Below, piece by piece: positions 50,306 to 58,524 of a DNA stretch of 64,000 nucleotides. Position 1 is the stretch's first letter. Every line of letters begins with the position of its first letter. The notes beneath the pieces are model-generated. The model saw only the letters and a list, made by a program, of their open reading frames with translations. It ran no database searches and was not told where the DNA came from. The position numbers and the translations under genes were made by a program. This DNA is from Bdellovibrionales bacterium. Its GTDB lineage: Bacteria; Bdellovibrionota; Bdellovibrionia; Bdellovibrionales; Bdellovibrionaceae. The DNA lies in the NCBI GenBank assembly GCA_031370005.1, contig JANMPT010000024.1:1-64000 (forward strand), read 5' to 3'.

Positions 50306-51159
50306 GAAAGTCTACGAAGCATTTAGTAATTCGCAGAAAGCTGATCAATTATTCTGCGCTCTTGCTCTCATGTCTTGCGATGGGAGTCGGGATTTTTTTT
50401 CTTGGGGCCATCCTATGGACATTGGTGCAAAAAGGTTTACCAGCGCTGACCTTACGAGCTATCACAGAAATGACACCTCCTCCTGGGGGGTCCGGAGGAT
50501 TGCTAAATGCGATCGTAGGAAGCCTTATATTAACTGGTCTTGGAACTGCGGTGGGGACTCCGATTGGAATTTTAGCGGGAACCTATCTGGCCGAGTTCGC
50601 AGTGGGCAGTCGATTTGCTTCAATAGTTCGTTTTGTTAATAGCATTCTTTTATCTAGTCCATCCGTTGTCATTGGTTTTTTTGTTTATGCAGTTATTGTC
50701 GTCAAAATTGGACACTTTGCTGGCTGGGCAGGCGCACTGGCTTTGGCTATAATTATTATTCCGGTCGTTGCAGCTAGCACTGAAAATATGTTGAGGCTCG
50801 TTCCCAACAGTCTTCGTGAAGCGGCTGCCGCGATTGGTGCCCCACAATGGAAAATCACTCTGTTCATCACGTACCGTGCTGCTAAATCGGGAATTTTCAC
50901 TGGTATTCTTTTAGGGGTGGCAAGAATTAGCGGCGAGACCGCTCCGCTTTTATTCACATCACTGAATAACCAGTTTTGGAGTTTGGACCTTTCTAAACCT
51001 ATGGCGAATCTTCCCGTTGTTATTTTTCAGTTTGCAATGAGTCCCTATGAAGACTGGCAGCATCTGGCTTGGGCCGGGGCTCTCATAATTACTCTGAGTG
51101 TTCTTGTGTTGAATATTGCCGCCCGTTTTTTATTAGGCACTAGGGCGAGCCGAGGATAG
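50302..51159 (+). CDS. pstA: Phosphate ABC transporter permease
   Basis: [25 protein letters not shown]. Confidence 0.95.
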   Translation: MRKSTKHLVIRRKLINYSALLLSCLAMGVGIFFLGAILWTLVQKGLPALTLRAITEMTPPPGGSGGLLNAIVGSLILTGLGTAVGTPIGILAGTYLAEFAVGSRFASIVRFVNSILLSSPSVVIGFFVYAVIVVKIGHFAGWAGALALAIIIIPVVAASTENMLRLVPNSLREAAAAIGAPQWKITLFITYRAAKSGIFTGILLGVARISGETAPLLFTSLNNQFWSLDLSKPMANLPVVIFQFAMSPYEDWQHLAWAGALIITLSVLVLNIAARFLLGTRASRG

Positions 51160-51165
51160 GACTGT

Positions 51166-51948
51166 ATGTTTACAAATAATAATAACAAGCCGAATGTAGC
51201 GAAAATAGTCGTTAAGGATTTAAACTTCTATTATGGTCAATTCCATGCAGTGAAATCTATTTGCATGACTATTCCGGAAAAAAAAGTATCCGCTTTCATT
51301 GGCCCCTCTGGTTGTGGAAAATCGACCTTGCTTCGAACATTTAATCGAATGTATGAGCTTTATCCAAAGCAAAGAGTTACAGGTCAGGTACTTTTGAACG
51401 GGTCTAATATTTTGGATGCCAAACAAGATGTTAATAAACTTCGCTCTAAAATCGGTATGGTTTTTCAAAAGCCAACACCATTTCCAATGTCAATTTTTGA
51501 TAACGTTGCTTTTGGTGTAAGACTTTATGAGGATCTCGGAAGGAATCGCCTGGAGGAACGAGTGATTTGGGCGCTTAAAAAGGCCTCACTGTGGGAAGAG
51601 GTAAAAGATAAACTTAAGCAAAACGGCACAAGTCTTTCGGGTGGTCAGCAGCAGCGTCTGTGTATTGCCCGCGCAATTGCTGTAAAGCCTGAAGTTTTAC
51701 TTTTAGATGAGCCTACATCAGCTCTTGATCCTATTTCCACAGCACGTATTGAGGAGCTTATCCAAGAGTTAAAAAAAGATTACACTCTTTTAATTGTTAC
51801 CCACAATATGCAGCAAGCAGCAAGGACCTCAGACTTTACTGCATTTATATACATGGGTGAGCTTATCGAGTTTGAAGAGACTGCGAAGATTTTTTCTACA
51901 CCAACACAAAAACTCACCGAGGATTACGTCACAGGCCATTTTGGATAA
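51166..51948 (+). CDS. pstB: Phosphate ABC transporter ATPase
   Basis: [33 protein letters not shown]. Confidence 0.96.
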   Translation: MFTNNNNKPNVAKIVVKDLNFYYGQFHAVKSICMTIPEKKVSAFIGPSGCGKSTLLRTFNRMYELYPKQRVTGQVLLNGSNILDAKQDVNKLRSKIGMVFQKPTPFPMSIFDNVAFGVRLYEDLGRNRLEERVIWALKKASLWEEVKDKLKQNGTSLSGGQQQRLCIARAIAVKPEVLLLDEPTSALDPISTARIEELIQELKKDYTLLIVTHNMQQAARTSDFTAFIYMGELIEFEETAKIFSTPTQKLTEDYVTGHFG

Positions 51949-51975
51949 GTACAAAATGGCGCAGGCCCGCAGCGA

Positions 51976-52725
51976 TTATATCTGACCGAGTCCCCCATCA
52001 GCAGTAATGTCTGCTCCACAAAGATAGCTAGAGTCGCTAGAGGCAAGAAAAAGTACCACCTTTGCCATCTCTTCAGCTGTGCCAAAACGCTTAGCGGGAA
52101 CGCTTGTTTTTAATCCTTCGGCAAAAGCATTCAATTGATCTGCCGGCATGCCCATTTTTGCGTAAATTGGTGTGTCAATTGGCCCAGGAGATAGGACATT
52201 GAATCGAACATTCTCAACAGGAAACTCAGAGGTCCATGATCGCGCAAAGCTGCGCACGGCCGCCTTCGTTGCGGCATAAACCGAAGCTCCTGCAAATCCC
52301 TTATCTTTTGCCACAGAAGCATTTAGAACTACAGAGCTGCCTTTGCTAAGCAGAGGTAAGGCCTTGGCCACAGTAAAATAAAGAGCTTTTACATTGGTAT
52401 TGAATTGAGCATCAAAAAAATCAGCATCGCTGTCCGGAGTGGGACGAAACATCGCAATGCCGGCGTTGGCAAACAACACATCCAACTTTCCGTACTTCGT
52501 CTTAATATGACTATAGAGGTGGTCAAGATCAGTGCTTCGATTGATGTCGGTTTGTACCACATCGAAGGCCGTGCCGAACTCCGCCTGGGCCTTTTGGTAA
52601 GTCTCTTTTGAGCGAGCGGTGATAATGATTTTAGCACCCTGCTCTTTAAAGAGTTTCGCAGCTGCCAGGCCAATTCCTGAGTTGCCACCAGTGATGAGGG
52701 CTATTTTTCCTGTTAGTTTATTCAT
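51976..52725 (-). CDS. Short-chain dehydrogenase/reductase
   Basis: TGGNSGIG, NAG, YAATK, SPGPIDT. Confidence 0.93.
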   Translation of the reverse strand: MNKLTGKIALITGGNSGIGLAAAKLFKEQGAKIIITARSKETYQKAQAEFGTAFDVVQTDINRSTDLDHLYSHIKTKYGKLDVLFANAGIAMFRPTPDSDADFFDAQFNTNVKALYFTVAKALPLLSKGSSVVLNASVAKDKGFAGASVYAATKAAVRSFARSWTSEFPVENVRFNVLSPGPIDTPIYAKMGMPADQLNAFAEGLKTSVPAKRFGTAEEMAKVVLFLASSDSSYLCGADITADGGLGQI

Positions 52726-52742
52726 AGAGTGCTCCTTTTATA

Positions 52743-52814
52743 TTGAACTATTTGGTTCAAAATAACAGGCTTGAGCAAAAAAGCAAATAAAATATTGAAC
52801 TAACTGGTTCAATA
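52743..52814. promoter_or_regulatory. Two palindromic TetR-type operators
   Basis: TTGAAC-N6-GTTCAA at 52743-52760 and TATTGAAC-N6-GTTCAATA at 52793-52814, between the divergent SDR and TetR genes. Confidence 0.75.
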
Positions 52815-52829
52815 CAATATTATCAGGAC

Positions 52830-53384
52830 GTGGGTAGACCTAAGGGCTTTTCAAGAAAACAAGTTTTAGATACAATGATTCAAGTTTTTTGGAGAAAAGG
52901 ATTTTCCGACTCGAGTCTTCAGGATCTGGAAAAAGCCACTGGGGTTAACAAGTCTGGCCTCTATTCTGAGTTTAAAGACAAGGACGAGATTTTTTTGGAA
53001 AGCCTCAAGCATTATGCTGAATCAACTGCCGTGCTTGAGCTGTTGTCTAAAGATCCGTTGGGTTGGGCCAATATTGAGGCGTTCCTTCTTTTGGGGAGTC
53101 AAGCAACCGGGCAGAAGGGTTGTTTAATGGCAAACACAGTTCGGGAAATTTCTATTATTCCACAAAAATCAAAGTCTCTCATCATTGATCATATGGTTTT
53201 GGTTAAAGACGCGATTCTTAAAAACCTTGAGGCTGTGGACTTGAGCGGAAATACAAATCAGGTGGCAGACTTAATTTTAACCTTCAATTCCGGCCTTTGT
53301 CTTACGCTAAACCTTGGGTCAAAGGGCACAGTAAAAAATCAAGTTAGTGATTTTTTAAATTTACTTAAGAAGCCTTCTTCTTAA
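52830..53384 (+). CDS. TetR/AcrR family regulator
   Basis: MGRPK.F, FWRKGF, TGVNKSGLYSEF, GCLMAN. Confidence 0.92.
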   Translation: MGRPKGFSRKQVLDTMIQVFWRKGFSDSSLQDLEKATGVNKSGLYSEFKDKDEIFLESLKHYAESTAVLELLSKDPLGWANIEAFLLLGSQATGQKGCLMANTVREISIIPQKSKSLIIDHMVLVKDAILKNLEAVDLSGNTNQVADLILTFNSGLCLTLNLGSKGTVKNQVSDFLNLLKKPSS

Positions 53385-53419
53385 GTAAATTCCGCTTTAT
53401 CTTGACGCCCTGGAATCAC

Positions 53420-53580
53420 AAGTTCAATTACGACTTCGGTCGGCAGACTTGACATCTATTTAGTCTGTCGAATAAATGGGAGTTCTTAACGTCCTGATTG
53501 TCAGATGAAGCCCGGTGAAAATCCGGCACTGTCCCGCAACGGTTAGCAAGATGTTCTTGTAAGTCCGAGCTCTGTTTCAG
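53420..53580 (+). ncRNA. Cobalamin (B12) riboswitch
   Basis: GGT-P2 stem (CGGCAGACT/AGTCTGTCG)-AATAAATGGGA...CCGGTGAAAATCCGGCACTGTCCCGCAACGGT...AAGTCCGA, directly upstream of btuB; boundaries approximate. Confidence 0.88.
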
Positions 53581-53613
53581 GTTTTCCCCGCTCTCTCGGA
53601 TGAAGAGGTTATT

Positions 53614-55482
53614 ATGCGCGCAGCAAATTTATTTCAGATTATTTGTTTTTTTGTAATCCTTACCTCCTCACCCTATGCAGGGGCGCAAGAGGTCATCGTC
53701 GAAGCAACAAACATCAACGAAGGCAAGATTGAACCGTCACGATCGGCAAGGATTATTAGTGAAAGTGAGTTAAGGCTTCAAAAAGCTACGACTGTAGCCG
53801 ATGTCTTAAGAAGTATTCCAGGTTTAGAGGTCGTACGACAAGGTGGCGTCGGGCAAACAACGTCAGTGTTTATTCGCGGAGCGAGATCAGAAGACACTTT
53901 GGTTTTGATTGATGGAATGGAGGCAAACGACGCGATGTCACCAGCATGCGGCTTCGACTTTTCCAGCATGATGACTGAAAATATCGAAAGAATCGAAATT
54001 TATCGCGGGCCGCAAAGCGTTCGCTTTGGTGCTGGAGCTTTAGGTGGCGTCATCAACATCATTACCAAAGAAGGAGCGGCTAAGTCGCAGTTCAATTACC
54101 TAGCTGAGGCGGGATCGTTTCAAACAGACCGGGAAGCTCTTAGCAGCAATGGAAAAACAGGAGACCTCGCGTATTCGCTAGGTTTAGAGCGTTTTTCAAG
54201 CCGTGGTTTCTCGGCAGCATCTGAAAGATCAGGAAATACAGAGCCTGATGGTACTTCTATTGGTTCAATATCTGCCAAACTTGTATGGAACATTACAAGG
54301 ACGGCAAAGGCGCAAGCAACAATTCGGTATACCGATGCAAATATTGAAATTGATTCTCATGGCGGGGTCGGCGGTGATGATCCGAACAACACAACGCAGG
54401 CGAAACAGGTTATCACAGGCCTTTCAGCAAGTGATAGATTCTTTGATGAACATCTGAAGTCTACTTTTGGACTTTCTTATTCCGAAGTCGATCGTACTGG
54501 TCGCAATGAGCCTAATATCGGTAATACGACAGACTCAAGGGATCATTTTCTAAGTGAAAATCGCAAAGTTCATTTAGAAAATGAACTGACTATTGGCGAA
54601 TACAGTACGTTTCGCCTCGGCATACAAGGGCGCGATGAAAGCGGTCTGTCTAATTCAATACTTAACGGAACTCCCACAAGTGTAGATCGTAAGGATCAAT
54701 CTGTTCTTGGCGAGTCACTGACTTATCTTTTTGAAAGTGAGAGCTGGTTTTTTGATATAGGTTCCCGTGCTGATCACAGCTCCAAGGTCGGTGCCATTTC
54801 AAGTTACAGAACATCCTTCGGTCGAAAGTTTTTGGAAAGTGAAGCCAAAGCTTATGTCAGCTACGGAACTGGCTTTAAGTTGCCAAGCTTGTATCAGCTC
54901 TACTCGACCTATGGAGATCAAAATCTCAAACAGGAGGACTCAGATACTATTGAATCCACTGTTGAGAAAAAAATCGGAATGAATTCTCTGGTAATAATCA
55001 CGGCTTTTGAAAACCATTACCGAAATTTGATCGACTACAATATGGCAACCAGTCGTTACTTTAACCTTTCTAAAGCGCGCAGTCGTGGTTTTGAATTTCA
55101 GGCTTCATCGACCGTCAAAAGGGCACTCACATTAAAAGGAAGCTATGCATATCTTGAAACGGTCGATGAGACGACAGGTCTCAAACTTCTCCGTCGACCA
55201 CAAAATGCGTGGACGGCTGTAGGAATATACAAGATAGCTGCTTACGAAATTTCGGGTCAGTATAGTTTCCGTGGTGAGCGTGATGATATAGATCCAGTAT
55301 CCTTTCAACGAATTTCAAATGGCTCTTATGATCTAGTGAACGTTGGCGGCAGTTACCAATTCAAAGATTGGTTGAAGGTTTACGCCCGAATTGAAAACGT
55401 CTTTGATCGAAAATACGAAGAGGTTGCCGGCTATGGGACGGCGGGACAATCCATTTACGCTGGTCTTTCGGGGGATTTTTGA
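53614..55482 (+). CDS. btuB: TonB-dependent cobalamin receptor
   Basis: Plug motifs DVLRSIPGL, IRG, LVLIDG, IERIEIYRGP, GGVINIITK; C-terminal ENVFDRKYE...F; B12 riboswitch upstream. Confidence 0.88.
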   Translation: MRAANLFQIICFFVILTSSPYAGAQEVIVEATNINEGKIEPSRSARIISESELRLQKATTVADVLRSIPGLEVVRQGGVGQTTSVFIRGARSEDTLVLIDGMEANDAMSPACGFDFSSMMTENIERIEIYRGPQSVRFGAGALGGVINIITKEGAAKSQFNYLAEAGSFQTDREALSSNGKTGDLAYSLGLERFSSRGFSAASERSGNTEPDGTSIGSISAKLVWNITRTAKAQATIRYTDANIEIDSHGGVGGDDPNNTTQAKQVITGLSASDRFFDEHLKSTFGLSYSEVDRTGRNEPNIGNTTDSRDHFLSENRKVHLENELTIGEYSTFRLGIQGRDESGLSNSILNGTPTSVDRKDQSVLGESLTYLFESESWFFDIGSRADHSSKVGAISSYRTSFGRKFLESEAKAYVSYGTGFKLPSLYQLYSTYGDQNLKQEDSDTIESTVEKKIGMNSLVIITAFENHYRNLIDYNMATSRYFNLSKARSRGFEFQASSTVKRALTLKGSYAYLETVDETTGLKLLRRPQNAWTAVGIYKIAAYEISGQYSFRGERDDIDPVSFQRISNGSYDLVNVGGSYQFKDWLKVYARIENVFDRKYEEVAGYGTAGQSIYAGLSGDF

Positions 55483-56060
55483 AGCCCCCGAAGTCATCCT
55501 CCATTTTTCGTGACACCTGTTTTTTTCTCTTCTCAGTAGTGCTTCATGTTTTGGTCGTCTTATCTCTTCTTAAAATGGATTCGTCGTCCAAGTCTGGAAC
55601 TATAGCCATACAGGTTAAATATCTGAATGAGGGGGCATCGAAGGCACAATCTATGCCTGTGCCGACTCGGCGAAAAATTACAACGGGCTTCGCCAAAGAG
55701 CCTCAAGCCCCAGACAATCAAGTTACAAATTCTTCTTCAGTAGAGGCCAGCGGAGATTCGCGTGAAGGGTTTACAGTTTTAGGGAAAGATCTTGGTATTG
55801 TCGCTATTTACCCTCGAATGTCTCGTGTCCTTGGTGAATCTGGTAAAGTTCTTGTTGAAGTAACTCAGGGTGATTTACATTTTCTCCCACGTGTGGTCTT
55901 ATCCAGCGGATTTCCAAGGCTTGATGAGTCCGCACTCAGTGCTACTCAAAGTGCAATAGGGAGCGGTCTATTATCTGCGTATTTGAAAGATAGAAATAGC
56001 ATTCAGGTGAGTTTTATTTTTCGCTTAGTTAAAAATAAAGATGAAATCAAGGGAGAGTGA
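55479..56060 (+). CDS. TonB-like energy transducer
   Basis: TM helix with SVVLH; YP..SR..GESGKV, SSGFPRLDESA. Confidence 0.8.
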   Translation: MKPPKSSSIFRDTCFFLFSVVLHVLVVLSLLKMDSSSKSGTIAIQVKYLNEGASKAQSMPVPTRRKITTGFAKEPQAPDNQVTNSSSVEASGDSREGFTVLGKDLGIVAIYPRMSRVLGESGKVLVEVTQGDLHFLPRVVLSSGFPRLDESALSATQSAIGSGLLSAYLKDRNSIQVSFIFRLVKNKDEIKGE

Positions 56061-56491
56061 GCGTGGTGATGCGAATGGGAATAAGAAAGATTGTTTTAGG
56101 ACTTCTTATAGGTTTTGCTTCTTTAAGCGTACAAGCTGTCACGATCAAGGTTATTGGCGAAAAGGGTGCCATGCTTTTTGAGTCGAAAATTGAAAGTCAA
56201 ATTCCTTCGGATGTGGGAACGGTGAGTGTTCTTGCTTTTGATTTGGGCCACGTAGATTACGAAGGTGACTCCTCGAGTATCTCGAAAATTTATAATCTTG
56301 GTCAAAACATTGAGGTCGTTTCGGATACCGAAATGAAGGCCCATGGCTGGTGTTTTGCAATCAACGGTCAGGTACCCGAAACAATGCCAGACAAAACTGA
56401 AGTCCTTAATCAGGATACCACTATTGAATGGTATTATGCCTATGCACATTACAAAGATGGAGACTGGATTGGTCAATGCGTGCGTGACTAA
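56057..56491 (+). CDS. DUF4430/transcobalamin C-terminal-like exported protein
   Basis: Signal peptide; GWCFAING..PE and IEWYY patterns; start may be ATG 56075. Confidence 0.7.
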   Translation: MSVVMRMGIRKIVLGLLIGFASLSVQAVTIKVIGEKGAMLFESKIESQIPSDVGTVSVLAFDLGHVDYEGDSSSISKIYNLGQNIEVVSDTEMKAHGWCFAINGQVPETMPDKTEVLNQDTTIEWYYAYAHYKDGDWIGQCVRD

Positions 56492-56786
56492 AATCAAGAA
56501 ATGTGAACGCTGCGGTTCAGAGTTTAGCTGCACACCTGACAAAGGCTGCAATTGTTGGTGTAAACTGATTGCCTCAACTAATCCCATCCCGCCCCAATAT
56601 CAAGACTGTCTATGCCCAAAATGTTTAGAGAGCTTTCTAACTAATGCAACAACAGTACAAAGTTCAGAGGAGCTTGTTGAGGGCACTGATTTCTTTCTTG
56701 AGCATCGACTCATGGTTTTTACACGCGAATATCACATTAAGCGTGGCCATTGCTGTCAGAGTGGGTGTCGCTTTTGTCCCTATTAG
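56484..56786 (+). CDS. Cys-rich CWC + DUF5522-like fusion protein (100 aa)
   Basis: GTG 56484; CERCG..FSC..CNCWC...CLCPKCL followed by LMVFT..YHIKRGHCCQSGCRFCPY. Confidence 0.8.
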   Translation: MTKIKKCERCGSEFSCTPDKGCNCWCKLIASTNPIPPQYQDCLCPKCLESFLTNATTVQSSEELVEGTDFFLEHRLMVFTREYHIKRGHCCQSGCRFCPY

Positions 56787-56833
56787 TAAACTTTTTATAC
56801 CTATGAACCCAGGTATCAAGCGGGTGAGAAAAT

Positions 56834-56908
56834 TGGTGGACCCAACCAGAGTCGAACTGGTGACTTATCCATGCCATGGACATATGATCCCAACTTCACC
56901 ATGGGCCC
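56834..56908 (-). tRNA. tRNA-Ala(GGC)
   Basis: Cloverleaf with G3:U70, anticodon loop ATGGCAT (A32-U38), TTCGA T-loop, encoded CCA. Confidence 0.95.
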
Positions 56909-56915
56909 GTTTTTT

Positions 56916-56944
56916 ACTCTACTTGCCACTTTCCCTGATGACAA
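56916..56944 (-). promoter_or_regulatory. Sigma-70 promoter of tRNA-Ala
   Basis: TTGTCA-N17-TAGAGT, 7 nt upstream of the tRNA. Confidence 0.7.
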
Positions 56945-57098
56945 CACTACTTGCGAATTTTTTAAAATTATTCTCGGTCATGAGAGAAGAGATACCCCTG
57001 AAAAAATTCAAGAAAGAATATTGTCCAGAGCTTAAATTATGATTTTAGAACCGTAGAACTATAGATTGCGCCTGAGATTTTATTGTTTTGGGATTAAA

Positions 57099-57203
57099 CT
57101 ACAGCAATACGATTGTGTAGTCCTTCATTTTTTTTGGCTGCGTAGGTGGAGTAAACATTTGCCAGTATTGTTCTAGAAATTGGAAGTATTCTTCCATCGT
57201 CAT
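57099..57203 (-). CDS. 34-aa peptide coupled to the nucleotidyltransferase gene
   Basis: ATGA overlap with the upstream stop, SD AAGGAG; MTMEEYFQFLEQYWQMFTPPTQPKKMKDYTIVLL. Confidence 0.6.
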   Translation of the reverse strand: MTMEEYFQFLEQYWQMFTPPTQPKKMKDYTIVLL

Positions 57204-57715
57204 GATTTGGCTCCTTTTAACTTTGCAATTTCGGGCCACTCGTCAAAGAGGTCTGAGTATTTTTTAACCGCCTCCATGTCCAGATTTGGCAATGCCAGAA
57301 GTCTTTGAATGTCGGCTTTATCTTGAAGTTCGCGGGATGAATCATTTTTATAGGCTTGAATTTTTAAACCGATCAAGTCCTCGGGCTTCAGTACGTATAC
57401 TCCCAGTGACGAGTTTGGCTGAGCTCTTGTTAGCATGGCTTGGCTTAAAGGGCGATTTGCCAATAGAATATCGATGAAGCCTGGGCCGGTGAACTGCAGG
57501 ACTTCTGCAGACTCATGCTGAAGCAAATAGCCTTTAGCGAGAAATACTTTTTTTATAATTTCCCTTTTTGTTCCATCCGCCAGCAGATCAATATCCGCCG
57601 TGGCTCGATGATACCCATAGACGGCAAGGGCGAAACCACCGATGAGTGCATGCGGAATGCCTTCCATGTTTAGAATGGAGTGGGCATCAGTAAGCGTTTT
57701 TCTTAAGTTAATCAC
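57200..57715 (-). CDS. AbiEii/DUF1814-like nucleotidyltransferase
   Basis: IGGFALAVYGYHRATADIDLL, KIQA, R..QDKADI. Confidence 0.85.
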   Translation of the reverse strand: MINLRKTLTDAHSILNMEGIPHALIGGFALAVYGYHRATADIDLLADGTKREIIKKVFLAKGYLLQHESAEVLQFTGPGFIDILLANRPLSQAMLTRAQPNSSLGVYVLKPEDLIGLKIQAYKNDSSRELQDKADIQRLLALPNLDMEAVKKYSDLFDEWPEIAKLKGAKS

Positions 57716-57778
57716 CTATTGATGGTATCAATGTAAGGGATGATCTGAAATAGAAAATAGAAAATTTTTTTAAAAAAT

Positions 57779-57854
57779 TGGATGGGGTGGCTGGACTCGA
57801 ACCAGCGAATGGCAGAATCAAAATCTGCTAACTTACCAACTTGTCGACACCCCA
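57779..57854 (-). tRNA. tRNA-Gln(UUG)
   Basis: U1-A72 acceptor TGGGGTG/CACCCCA, anticodon arm GCAGA-TTTTGAT-TCTGC, GGTTCGAGTCC, encoded CCA. Confidence 0.95.
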
Positions 57855-57975
57855 ACATGAGTTGACAACGAGCTTTGTAAATTAAAAAAAAGCAGTTCCG
57901 AGAGCAAGCAAATTCTCGGAATCTCTCAAATTCACAGTAGGTTAATGCGGCGCAATACTAGAAAGAAGGCCATAC

Positions 57976-58272
57976 CTACAAATCCTGACGTTTTAGTTTT
58001 GTTAGGGTGGCGCCCATGGATTTTAATTCTTTTTCGTAGGCATCAAAGACCATATCCTCAATTTCTGCCCGTGTTTCCTGATTAAGTGGGTGGGCAATAT
58101 CGCGAAATTGGCCATCTTTGCGCTTCTTGCTCGGCATTGCTACAAAGAGCCCATCCGGCCCTTGAATAATTTTGAGATCCCTGACCACAAAGCTGTTATC
58201 AATGGTGATCGAAACATAAGCCTTAAGCCTTTCCTCGTTCACAGGAAAGACTTTAACTTCGGTGATCTTCAT
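57976..58272 (-). CDS. spoVG: SpoVG family nucleic-acid-binding regulator
   Basis: [43 protein letters not shown]. Confidence 0.95.
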   Translation of the reverse strand: MKITEVKVFPVNEERLKAYVSITIDNSFVVRDLKIIQGPDGLFVAMPSKKRKDGQFRDIAHPLNQETRAEIEDMVFDAYEKELKSMGATLTKLKRQDL

Positions 58273-58346
58273 GTGTCCATCCCTTGCTGTTACGTGCTCG
58301 ATTAGGGGACTATGAGTATTTGTATCTTTCTGCTCTTCCATATAAA

Positions 58347-58374
58347 CCATCGGTTGTTTCGAATTAAATCTTGA
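58347..58374 (-). promoter_or_regulatory. Sigma-28-like promoter upstream of spoVG
   Basis: TCAA-N16-ACCGATGG. Confidence 0.45.
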
Positions 58375-58450
58375 TACCTAAGGCTAAATTAACTGAACTA
58401 GATCACTTTTGTATGAACAAAATGTCTCCTTTTGGAATGCAGTCAAAAAA

Positions 58451-58488
58451 CATAAAAAAACCCATGTCTCAACATGGGTTTTTTTATG
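58451..58488. terminator. Bidirectional intrinsic terminator after degP
   Basis: CATAAAAAAACCCATGT/ACATGGGTTTTTTTATG. Confidence 0.8.
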
Positions 58489-58524
58489 AAAGATCTTTTT
58501 TATCTTGTAATTATTTAATTATTT

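Noticed and set aside
41064..56833. Accessory-looking block next to the tRNA-Ala 3' end as an integrated island
   Set aside because: No integrase or transposase, and no duplicated tRNA 3' end (att site) found by eye
56644..57042. 132-aa plus-strand ORF
   Set aside because: It runs antisense across tRNA-Ala and has no recognisable motifs
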